Shown one piece after another: positions 40,601 to 50,280 of a stretch of DNA of 64,000 nt. The stretch's first letter is position 1; each line of letters begins with the position of its first letter. A program made the position numbers and the translations under genes. The DNA comes from Antedon mediterranea (Eukaryota > Animalia > Echinodermata). The stretch covers positions 24,614,001 through 24,678,000 of the forward strand of contig NC_092674.1 of NCBI RefSeq assembly GCF_964355755.1, given 5' to 3'. The notes below the pieces were generated by a model. The model had not been told where the DNA came from. It saw nothing but the letters and a program-made list of their open reading frames with translations, and searched no databases.

Positions 40601-43600
40601 TGTTCTCCTCTTACCCAATAGTGCATGTGTTCCCCTCTTGCTAATAGCGCATGTGTTTCCCTCTGGCTAATAGCGCATGTGTTTCCCTCTTACCCAATAG
40701 TGCATGTGTTCCCCTCTTGCCAATAGTGCATATGTTCCCCTCTTACCCAATAGTGCATGTGTTCCCCTCTTACCCAATAGTGCATGTGTTCCCCTCTTGC
40801 CAATAGTGCATATGTTCCCCTCTTACCCAATAGTGCATGTGTTCCCCTCTTGCCAATAGTGCATGTGTTCCCCTCTTGCCAATAGTGCATGTGTTCCCCT
40901 CTTGCCAATAGTGCATGTGTTCTCTTCTTACCAAATAGTGCATGTGTTCCTCTCTTGACAATAGTGCATGTGTTCCCCTCTTGCCAATAGTGCATGTGTT
41001 CCCCTCTTGCCAATAGTGCATGTGTTCCCCTCTTGCCAATAGTGCATATGTTCTCTTCTTACCCAATAGTGCATGTGTTCCCCTCTTGCCAATAGTGCAT
41101 GTGTTCCCCTCTTGCCAATAGTGCATATGTTCTCCTCTTACCCAATAGTGCATGTGTTCCCCTCTTGCTAATAGCGCATGTGTTTCCCTCTGGCTAATAG
41201 CGCATGTGTTTCCCTCTTACCCAATAGTGCATGTGTTCCCCTCTTGCCAATAGTGCATATGTTCCCCTCTTGCCAATAGTGCATATGTTCCCCTCTTACC
41301 CAATAGTGCATGTGTTCCCCTCTTGCCAATAGTGCATGTGTTCCCCTCTTGCCAATAGTGCATGTGTTCCCCTCTTGCCAATAGTGCATGTGTTCCCCTC
41401 TTGCCAATAGTGCATATGTTCTCTTCTTACCAAATAGTGCATGTGTTCCTCTCTTGCCAATAGTGCATGTGTTCCCCTCTTGCCAATAGTGCATGTGTTC
41501 CCCTCTTGCCAATAGTGCATGTGTTCCCCTCTTGCCAATAGTGCATATGTTCTCTTCTTACCCAATAGTGCATGTGTTCCCCTCTTGCCAATAGTGCATG
41601 TGTTCCCCTCTTGCCAATAGTGCATATGTTCTCCTCTTACCCAATAGTGCATGTGTTCCCCTCTTGCTAATAGCGCATGTGTTTCCCTCTTACCAAATAG
41701 TGCATGTGTTCCCCTCTGGCTAATAGCGCATGTGTTTCCCTCTTACCCAATAGTGCATGTGTTCTCTTCTTACCAAATAGTGCATGTGTTCCCCTCTTGC
41801 CAATAGTGCATGTGTTCTCTTCTTACCAAATAGTGCATGTGTTCCTCTCTTGACAATAGCGCATGTGTTTCCCTCTGGCTAATAGCGCATGTGTTTCCCT
41901 CTTACCCAATAGTGCATGTGTTCCCCTCTTGCCAATAGTGCATGTGTTCTCTTCTTACCCAATAGTGCATGTGTTCTCTTCTTACCCAATAGTGCATGTG
42001 TTCCCCTCTTGCCAATAGTGCATGTGTTCCCCTCTTGCCAATAGTGCATGTGTTCCCCTCTTGCCAATAGTGCATGTGTTCCTCTCTTGCCAATAGTGCA
42101 TATGTTTCCCTCTTACCCAATAGTGCATGTGTTCCCCTCTTGCCAATAGTGCATGTGTTCCCCTCTTGCCAATAGTGCATGTGTTCCCCTCTTGCCAATA
42201 GTGCATATGTTCTCCTCTTACCCAATAGTGCATGTGTTCCCCTCTTGCCAATAGTGCATATGTTCTCCTCTTACCCAATAGTGCATGTGTTCCCCTCTTG
42301 CCAATAGTGCATGTGTTCCCCTCTTACCCAATAGTGCATGTGTTCCCCTCTTGCCAATAGTGCATGTGTTCCCCTCTTGCCAATAGTGCATGTGTTCCCC
42401 TCTTGCCAATAGTGCATATGTTCTCCTCTTACCCAATAGTGCATGTGTTCCCCTCTTGCCAATAGTGCATGTGTTCCCCTCTTACCCAATAGTGCATGTG
42501 TTCCCCTCTTGCCAATAGTGCATGTGTTCCCCTCTTGCCAATAGTGCATGTGTTCCCCTCTTGCCAATAGTGCATATGTTCTCCTCTTACCCAATAGTGC
42601 ATGTGTTCCCCTCTTACCCAATAGTGCATGTGTTCCCCTCTTGCCAATAGTGCATGTGTTCCCCTCTTGCCAATAGTGCATATGTTCTCCTCTTACCCAA
42701 TAGTGCATGTGTTCCCCTCTTGCCAATAGTGCATGTGTTCCCCTCTTGCCAATAGTGCATGTGTTCCCCTCTTGCCAATAGTGCATATGTTCTCCTCTTA
42801 CCCAATAGTGCATGTGTTCCCCTCTTGCCAATAGTGCATGTGTTCCCCTCTTACCCAATAGTGCATGTGTTCCCCTCTTACCCAATAGTGCATGTGTTCC
42901 CCTCTTACCCAGCATGTGTTCCCCTCTTACCGAGCATGTGTTCCCCTCTTAACCCTAGCACACTTACTGCTCTGTACTAGAGAAAATTGTTAACATTACA
43001 ATAAATATACTTATTTTTTAGAACATGTGCAAAATCTGGAGGTCATTTAACAAGTGTATCGAATGGATATGAGCAAAACCATCTCCTACTCCTCGGTCAG
43101 GATACAGGAGGCATTCCTCTCTGGATTGGCATGCAGTACGATGATGTGCGTGTAACAATAATATAAAATTGTACATTTAACATCTTTTTTTCTTTTACAA
43201 ATACAGTCAAATAAGCACCATAGTTGAATAAGTCACACAGTTGAATTTAAAATAACACAGTTGAATAAGTTACATAGTTGAAAAGTACCACAGTTGGAAT
43301 AGGTACCACAGGTGAATAAGTACTACAGGTGATAATTACCACAGTTGAATATGTACCACAGTTAAGTGCCACAGTTGAATAAGTCCTACAGACGAGTAAG
43401 TCCCACAATGAAATAAGAGTCTTAGTAAATGCCAGTCAAATAATCACCAGAGACAAAAAGTGCCACAGTCTAATACCCATCATGGTCAAATAAGCACACA
43501 AATAGAAAAAAGTCAAATAAGTGCTGCAGTGAAATATAACCACAACAGTCACATACAATAACATATCGAAGTTTTATACAGTACATACTGCAATCCAAAA

Positions 43601-46600
43601 ATAAGGGCTTTAGTCTAACTGCCAGACCCACAATACTTTACTTTTATGTTTCTATTAGTCAAATGGAAAATATACATGGATTAATGGCTGGCCAACAACG
43701 TACACAAACTGGGCAATTGGTCAACCGGTCAAGAATGTGAATGGAGGCTGTGTAGTGATGCTACCTAATGGAAGATGGAATGATACACTATGTGCAAACA
43801 AATACGGTTCAATTTGCAAAGTTACAGACGGTAATTTTGAAATTTACAGGCCTGTCCAAGCAGTATTATTATTTCCCCTAATTCATGAGATTCTTGGAGT
43901 TATTCATGTGTTGTACCTCTGCAATTCATGTGTCGTACTTCTGCAATTCATGTGTCGTACTTCTGCAATTCATGTTTCGTACCTCTGCAATTCATATGTC
44001 GTACTTCTGCAATTCATGTGTCGTATCTCTGCAATTCATGTGTCGTACCTCTGCAATTCATGTGTCGTACCTCTGCAATTCATGTGTCGTATCTCTGCAA
44101 TTCATGTGTCGTACTTCTGCAATTCATGTTTCGTACCTCTGCAATTCATATGTCGTACTTCTGCAATTCATGTGTCGTATCTCTGCAATTCATGTGTCGT
44201 ACCTCTGCAATTCATGTGTCGTACCTCTGCAATTCATGTGTCGTACTTCTGCAATTCATGTGTCGTACTTCTGCAATTCATGTTTCGTACCTCTGCAATT
44301 CATATGTCGTACTTCTGCAATTCATGTGTCGTATCTCTGCAATTCATGTGTCGTACCTCTGCAATTCATGTGTCGTACCTCTGCAATTCATGTGTCGTAT
44401 CTCTGCAATTCATGTGTCGTACCTCTCCAAATCATGTGTCGTACCTTTCCAAATCATGTTTCGTACCTCTGCAATTCATGTGTCGTACCTCTGCAATTCA
44501 TGTGTCGTACCTCTGCAATTCATGTGTCATATCTCTGCAATTCATGTGTCGTATCTCTGCAATTCATGTGTCGTACCTCTCCAAATCATGTTTCGTACCT
44601 CTGCAATGCATGTGTCGTACCTCTGCAATTCATGTGTCGTATCTCTGCAAGTCATGTGTCGTACCTCTGCAATTCATGTGTCGTATCTCTGCAATTCATG
44701 TGTCGTACTTCTGCAATTCATGTGTCGTACCTCTCCAAATCATGTTTCGTACCTCTGCAATTCATGTGTCGTACCTCTGCAATTCATGTGTCGTATCTCT
44801 GCAATTCATGTGTCGTATCTCTGCAATTCATGTGTCGTACCTCTCCAAATCATGTGTCGTACCTTTCCAAATCATGTTTCGTACCTCTGCAATTCATGTG
44901 TCGTACCTCTGCAATTCATGTGTCGTACCTCTGCAATTCATGTGTCATATCTCTGCAATTCATGTGTCGTATCTCTGCAATTCATGTGTCGTATCTCTGC
45001 AATTCATGTGTCGTACCTCTCCAAATCATGTTTCGTACCTCTGCAATGCATGTGTCGTACCTCTGCAATTCATGTGTCGTACCTCTGCAATTCATGTGTC
45101 ATATCTCTGCAAATCATGTTTCGTACCTCTGCAATGCATGTGTCGTATCTCTGCAATTCATGTGTCGTATCTCTCCAAATCATGTTTCGTACCTCTGCAA
45201 TGCATGTGTCGTACCTCTGCAATTCATGTGTCGTACCTCTGCAATTCATGTGTCGTACCTCTGCAATTCATGTGTCGTACCTCTGCAATTCATGTGTCGT
45301 ATCTCTGCAATTCATGTGTCGTACCTCTCCAAATCATGTGTCGTACCTTTCCAAATCATGTTTCGTACCTCTGCAATGCATGTGTCGTACCTCTGCAATT
45401 CATGTGTCGTACCTCTGCAATTCATGTGTCGTACCTCTGCAATTCATGTGTCGTACCTCTGCAATTCATGTGTCGTACTTCTACAATTCATGTGTCGTAT
45501 CTCTACAATTCATGTGTTGTACCTCTGCAATTCATGTGTCGTACCTCTCCAAATCATGTTTCGTAGGTCTACTATACAATTATAATTAAATACAGTAAAC
45601 TTCTCTTAAGGTGACCCCTTCAGGACATGACAAATTGTCCCTTAAATTGGGGTTCTACTGTACTGTAAAATATATTGAATGGAGGCAAAATAAGCATTGT
45701 CATGATCTTTGTTTTTTCTTCATCAGCCACGCCTCCGGTATATCCATCAATAGCACCTGGAAACTGTACAGATGAGACTTGGTCTGCATATGGCGCGCAC
45801 TGTTACAAAGCTTTTCTTGATGACCAAGTTGCGTGGCACAATGCAGAGTACAAGTGCAGTGTATTTCGCAATACGCACCTGGCCAGTGTACATAGCAGCA
45901 AAGAATTGGAATTCATCAACAATGTGGTTGTTAAGAGGGTGCCTTCAGTTTGGATAGGTCTTATGACTGATGAAGCCTCAGGTGCTGTAGAACGGTTCTT
46001 TTATTCCTCAGCCTGGCTTAAATTTAATCTTTAAACTAGCCTAGGTTCTGGGGTTTGTAACATTACAAAACTTCCGAATGAACATTCTCTTGTACTCTGG
46101 GTGTTTGTGTTGATAATTGATGTGTAATGCGAAACTATAGAATTTAATTGTTCCATTGGCAAAAGTTGCTTTTCCAGAAATAGCGGTAAAGAGCTTGTTC
46201 TCAGCAAATATCTCTGCAACATTCTAGCAGCACAGAAATATATTCAAATGTTATTATGTCGACATTAGATATACACAAAACTAAATGGCGGATCCAGAGG
46301 AGTAGCGCTTGGGTCTATTATTACTAGTTTACACACATTCACTGTTGCACACATTTATCTAGAAAGCCGCATGTCCTTCTGGTGACAGTAGGTTTCCTGC
46401 TTTTCCCGAGCTGGCATGCCAAATGAATAAAATGAATTACTTTTTTATATCTATTTTTGACAGACATGAAATATGTTACCACTCTGCTGTTTCAAAATCC
46501 TGGATTTTCCCCTGGTACTGTTGATCACAAGTGCATATTCTTTTTCAATTTATAAAGGTTTTCTTCTCTATTCAGGTTACAGTTGGTCAGATGGATCCCC

Positions 46601-48974
46601 TGTTGATTACCTTCCCTGGGCTCCAAATGAACCCACTGGAACATATGAAGGAGAAGCAGAAGACTGCGTAGAAACAAACATTGCATTGAGTACATGGAAT
46701 GACCTCAGCTGCAACAGACAGCTTGGATATGTTTGTAAATATAGCAAATGTAAGTAGACATGATATGAATTAGGCTCTGTTTACACTATCAAAAAGTGTG
46801 ATGTGTCCAAATTGAATTGAATTGAATTGAAATATTGAATTGAAATATATATTTATACTGGGTAACCTCTTCAGTCAAAGACTGGTCTCCCAGAGGGCCC
46901 AGTTGGTGATCAGTGGCTGTGATGTACTAATACACCGGGGTAACCCCCTACTCGTCTCGAAAGATGTACTAGGTTCTTTAAAGTGCACACGAGCTAGATA
47001 TGGTAGTGATATGGCATTATGTCCATATAAAGCTCTGTCTACACTATCAAACTAGTTTGACAAAAAAGTGTGATGTGCCCAAATACAGTATGGATATGAT
47101 GATGTCATATCACTACCTTATTTGGATATATCACTACCATATTTGGGTACATCACACTTTTTTTGTCAAACTAGTTTGATAGTTAGACAGCTTTTTATAA
47201 TAAGGGCACATTTTTCACATAAAGGTTGATAAATAGTGTAAACAGAGTTTAGAGAGCTTCAGATTTATTGACAACCTAGGACTTATGACGTCATAGAGGT
47301 ACAATTTGGATATGTTGAGTTCGATTTGCCAACATTTGTCAAATCGTCGGACACAATTTTGTTGATTCTTGGTCGATTCTGTACAAAGTTCTAAGTCTTG
47401 GCAAATCAAAAGGTCCCTAATATTTAAAAAAAACTTGCATTTCGAAACACAGTATGTAAAACAGGGACGTACCAATGAAGCTGACAGGGTATGTGAGTTC
47501 CTTCGAAGAAGGATTCTATAGCTCTATCTACACTATCAAACTTTATGTTACAAAAATTGTGATGTGCCTTATATGGACATGATGTCATATCACCACCATA
47601 TTCGGGAGTATCAGCACTATACTAGGGCACATCACACTTTTTTTGTCCAACTAGTTGATAGTGTAGATAGAGCTTTAGAAGCCCTTTTGATCATTTTTTA
47701 ACTTTTAAAAAATTGGGCAGGAGACAACTTGAAATTCTCTGCATTTATGTAATATAATAACTATGAATATTTATTGTAGAACATTTTAGAAAGAAATTAA
47801 TTTATAAAATTGACTTATTATTTTCTAGATGACCCACACACGATTCCTACAGGGGACACTATAAGTAAGTTTAATGTACAGTAATAAAAACATACAGACA
47901 TTTAATGTATGATCAATTTGACATTTTTGCTACACAGGCTCCAAACTATGAACTATTGTTTAAAGATATACTGTATTGTCCCCCAAAAAAAATGTGTTGT
48001 TGTTGAAAATTCCCATTTAATGTTGCATAATAGTTATTCAATAAAGTGGATCGAAAAAAAAAATGTAATTTAAAGTGCAAAAAATACTTAAATTGCCTAT
48101 CAGACAATGTTTTTTTGTTAAAATTAACTTTTCCTTTTTTCTTTTTACAATTGAAATAATTATTTTTGTTGATTTTTTTTCTACAGATGAATAACGTTAA
48201 TAAAACTGCAAAATGACCTATTCAAAGTCTGATTTTATTAATCTTAATTTTTTGGGGACAATACATCTTTCAAAATTGTAATTGTTATTGCAAAATTATC
48301 ATTGCTTACTATAAGAACAACTTTCTTGCTCAAATTTGCAATTCATTAAAATCTATATTTTAAAAAGAAGAGAATTATTCACTTTCAAACAAGTAAATTT
48401 AATTGCTTGAAAGTGAAAAATATTTGGAAGAATATCAGATGAAGAAATATTGCCATGGATACTTGATGTACCCACGGGCATGGAGATGATTTTGGGTGGG
48501 GAGGGAGATAGTGATTGTGATATTGGTGCATTATGATGCGTAATTACCGAGTGAGAGGATGATTTTCAGCCAGAAATGTGTTGGATGATGTTTGATCATT
48601 TGTTGAAATATCGTATTTATTTCTGGGAGTCAATTGTCCTCCATGTACCTGTCACTCATTGTATGTTGGTTTGTGAAGATATTTTCAACAATAAATGACA
48701 ATACTCCTAATGATTAATTTTCTATAATAAATATATATTTTTAAATTTTTAAATATTAATAAAGTTTGTTTGTATTTTTTAATCAGAGGATGGAGGTGAC
48801 AGTTTATCAGCGGGAGCAATTATTGGTATTACCCTGGGCTGTGTTGGTGCTTTTGTTGCAGTTCTTGCTGTCATTATGCTTATCAAGAAACAGCGCCGCC
48901 TATTGGAGTATTTCAGGCATTCAACGCCAAGTGATGGATTTGAGGATCACATCGTTGGAGAAATCAACTCGTAG
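1601..48974 (+). CDS. Multi-exon (~57 coding exons) mannose-receptor-like membrane lectin: SP-CTLDx4-kringle x5 (with PAN exon)-CTLDx10-TM-tail
   Basis: ATG at 1601 opens a signal-peptide-like exon (MAGQRHIVAVAFFFLVLHL, donor at 1659). Phase-compatible exons give repeated CTLD motifs (CPxGW..CY, WIGL, W.DG, EPN/QPD, WND.C) and kringle motifs (CY...G..YRG, NYCRNP...PWC). The last exon, 48787-48974, encodes a hydrophobic helix (AIIGITLGCVGAFVAVLAVIMLI), then KKQRR...GFEDHIVGEINS and TAG. Confidence 0.9.
1828..13046 (+). CDS. Exon block for CTLD1-4
   Basis: CTLD1 exons 1828-1976, 2301-2414, 2831-2952. CTLD2 spans 3536-5647, CTLD3 7254-10100, CTLD4 10476-13046. CTLD4 ends NWKKDEPNDVNGEDCVEI...WNDIPC. 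Confidence 0.85.
3668..3808. mobile_element. Tourist/PIF-Harbinger-like MITE (representative of ~13 copies)
   Basis: TIR AGCTCTGTCTACACTATCAAACT...AGTTTGATAGTGTAGACAGAGCT with TTA on both flanks. Other copies start near 5360, 9095, 14430, 18487, 19517, 25966, 28657, 46773, 47030, 47520, 59259 and 62653. Confidence 0.85.
4790..5010 (-). mobile_element. tRNA-headed SINE with Deu/Nin-like central domain (dispersed family)
   Basis: Minus strand reads GTCTTCTCGGATAAGGACTTAAAACTGGAGGTCC...AAAGAACCCAGTACATCTTTCGGAAGAGTAGGGGGTTACCC. Related copies occur near 5980, 8040-8190, 25835-25955, 27110-27290, 27990-28110, 28860-28950 and 46811-47000. Confidence 0.65.
5684..5866 (-). mobile_element. Penelope-like retroelement terminal fragment inside a (TA)n tract
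   Basis: Flanked by (TA)n at 5673-5683 and 5867-5889, and contains a minimal hammerhead motif. Confidence 0.55.
5812..5848 (-). ncRNA. Minimal type I hammerhead ribozyme motif
   Basis: Minus strand: gca-CTGATGA-aggactagttttgctc-GAA-AGCT-C-tgc. Intact core, palindromic AGCT stem III, gca/tgc stem I. Confidence 0.6.
6335..6935. mobile_element. Non-autonomous DNA transposon with TTAA TSD (Kolobok-like)
   Basis: TTAA at 6331-6334 and 6936-6939, with imperfect TIRs AGCTCAGGTACAGGCA / TGCCCGCACCTGGCCT. The host repeat appears without this insert near 63890-63930. Confidence 0.7.
8312..8872. mobile_element. Solo LTR, 561 bp
   Basis: Starts TGTAA and ends TTACA, with an identical 5 bp flank AATAA at 8307-8311 and 8873-8877. 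More GC-rich than the surrounding intron. Confidence 0.75.
9172..9467 (-). mobile_element. LINE 3' fragment (Rex1/Babar-like) nested inside a MITE
   Basis: Minus strand translates DASHPLHKVIIDQLNPSGRLRLLSVKTNRFAKSFIPSGIIQYN...stop, followed by AATAAA and a (TATCT)n tail. It splits the MITE at 9095-9517, which has TAA flanks. Confidence 0.7.
11446..11890 (-). mobile_element. LINE 3' fragment (L2/Crack/Daphne-like)
   Basis: Translation YCATLWCNYNQGTLRSLQVCYNNGLRMLLQRPRHCSASLMF resembles the C-terminus of a non-LTR RT ORF. Ends with AATAAA and a (TGAA)n tail. Confidence 0.6.
11920..12505. repeat. Minisatellite, ~22-23 bp unit (AAATGGAATAGTATGTTTACCAT)
   Basis: Visible tandem copies. Confidence 0.92.
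13697..18934 (+). CDS. Exon block for five kringle domains
   Basis: Half-kringle exons at about 13697-13822, 14164-14415, 14642-14746, 15008-15139, 15238-15351, 16027-16140, 17610-17726, 18265-18405 and 18815-18934. Motifs include CYDDDGSHYRG, NYCRNPNGGPLPWC, NYCRNPSGSRRPWC, NYCRNPTGEDEPWC, NYCRNPGQTLPKPWC and NFCRNPRPERFTSPWC. Confidence 0.9.
16890..17129 (+). CDS. PAN/apple domain exon (240 nt, phase 1-1)
   Basis: Poly-T tract plus AG at 16888-16889 and GT at 17130. Translation includes TITNVASWTDCAYLCLNQTSFYCRSFNQRNTMCQLN...YYER, the C-x3-C...CRSF...C-x-L...YYE pattern of 4-Cys PAN domains. Confidence 0.8.
19238..46749 (+). CDS. Exon block for CTLD5-14
   Basis: Approximate spans: CTLD5 19238-20586; 6 20914-21588; 7 21736-22929; 8 23916-25134; 9 25525-26860; 10 26890-28398; 11 29203-30750; 12 30790-34746; 13 35141-43830; 14 45727-46749. 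Each has WxGL/M and terminal C...C motifs. Confidence 0.85.
24103..24248. repeat. Short tandem repeat, 20 bp unit (TGGTCACTGGTGATGGTGGC)
   Basis: About 7 copies. Confidence 0.9.
31713..34436. repeat. Intronic minisatellite, 19 bp unit (CTCCCCACTCTGTAAAGTG), ~2.7 kb
   Basis: Tandem copies. The 19-aa periodicity of the spurious ORFs equals 3x19 nt. Confidence 0.97.
35354..42950. repeat. Intronic minisatellite, 26/27 bp unit (AATAGTGCATGTGTTCCCCTCTTGCC / ...TTACCC), ~7.6 kb
   Basis: Tandem copies with interspersed variant units. Confidence 0.97.
43903..45565. repeat. Intronic minisatellite, 22 bp unit (TCATGTGTCGTACCTCTGCAAT), ~1.66 kb
   Basis: Tandem copies. The unit has no plus-strand stop codon, giving three overlapping 550-610 aa ORFs. 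Confidence 0.97.
47960..48272. mobile_element. Second TTAA-flanked (Kolobok-like) element family
   Basis: TTAA-AGATATA..TTGTCCCC ... GGGGACAATACATCT-TTCAA. Related left ends occur at 4444 and 26387. Confidence 0.5.
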
Positions 48975-49319
48975 AAAAGAAGATCTTTATTAAAACATCA
49001 GAATATGTATATTTTTGTTTGCCAAATCTAGGCTAGTAAATATATACAGAACTGTACTTATTTTCTTGTTCTTGGTTGATCTGTTGGGATGTAATTTTAG
49101 AATATTGACAGACACATTTCCCAGTAGGCCTAACAATAGTTTTTTCTTTATTGATCGGCGCGATTTAGTGCTTGGATTTTTCCCAAACCCTAGTAGTTCT
49201 TATTGTTTCTGAATTTATCACTTCTGTTTTTTTAAAGTTTCTAGTTCGATAAACTCCCGACAGTAAAATGTTAATAACTCAATGATATATCCACTGGAGA
49301 ATGGCCTGATGGGACATTA

Positions 49320-49800
49320 ACTGTGCCAATGATCACAGTGACTGTGCCAATGATCACAATGAATGTGCCAAGGATCACAGTGACTGTGCCAATGATCACA
49401 GTGACTGTGCCAATGATCACAGTGAATGTGCCAATGATCACAGTGACTGCCAATCATCGCAGTGACTCTGCCAATGATCACAGTGACTGTGCCAATGATC
49501 ACTGTGACTGAGCTAATGATCACAGTGACTGTGGCAATGATCACAGTGACTGTGCCAATTATCACAGTGACTGTGCCATTGATCGCAGTGACTGCCAATG
49601 ATCACAGTGACTGTGCCAATGATCGCAGTGACTCTGCCAATGATCGCAGTGACTGCCAATGATCACAGTGAATGTGCCAATGATCACAGTGACTGTGCCA
49701 ATAATCACAATGAATGTGCCAATGATCACAGTGACTGTGCCAATGATCACAGTGACTGTGCCAATGATCACAGTGACTGTGCCAATGATCACAGTGATTG
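49320..49800. repeat. Minisatellite, 21 bp unit (TGTGCCAATGATCACAGTGAC)
   Basis: Tandem copies between the two convergent genes. Confidence 0.93.
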
Positions 49801-50280
49801 TACAGAGACCAAGCATGAAGGCAATTTCTCTTTAAATTTTGGTTCGAATCATTTAAACGTTTCTTCAACTCATCAAAATTAAATCACATTTTTTACAGAT
49901 ATAACATTAAACATTTATTAACATATAAGCCTGAATATTGCATTTTATTCGTAAGTATAAAAACTAAATCTAAATAAATTAAACTGTAAGTTAGTATGTA
50001 TAATAAAATAAGAAGCTAAAATAATTTATTTCTCGTAATACGTATTTATTTATAATATATTCAGCGCTTTGAGATTTTGTATGCGCTTTAATATGATTCA
50101 AAATCAATAGGAAGATAATATGGAGCATACAAAACACTCGAGCAACTTCCTTCTTATACAATAGAACACCTCATTTAGACACCCCTATTTTGACACCCCT
50201 ATTTTACGTGATACTTTCTTGTCGATGAAACATACGAGGGCCAGTGACGATGCTTTCGAGGGTTTTTTTACGACCAACAC

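Noticed and set aside
35354-42950. CRISPR-like array of 26/27 bp repeats
   Set aside because: Units are adjacent with no unique spacers, there are no cas genes, and the context is a eukaryotic intron.
31641-42980. Dozens of repetitive ORFs (GEHFTEWGALYRVGSTLQS, ARGEHMHYW) on both strands
   Set aside because: Artefacts of the 19 and 26/27 bp minisatellites lying in introns that are bridged in frame by CTLD exons.
43737-45589. Three overlapping 550-610 aa Cys-rich ORFs
   Set aside because: They are translations of a stop-free 22 bp repeat in all three frames. Only 43658-43830 is exon, and it has a GT donor at 43831.
49271-49882. His/Cys-rich or antifreeze-like repeat proteins (HSHCDHW, TVTVIIG)
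   Set aside because: A 21 bp tandem repeat with frame-shifting variants and no splice support.
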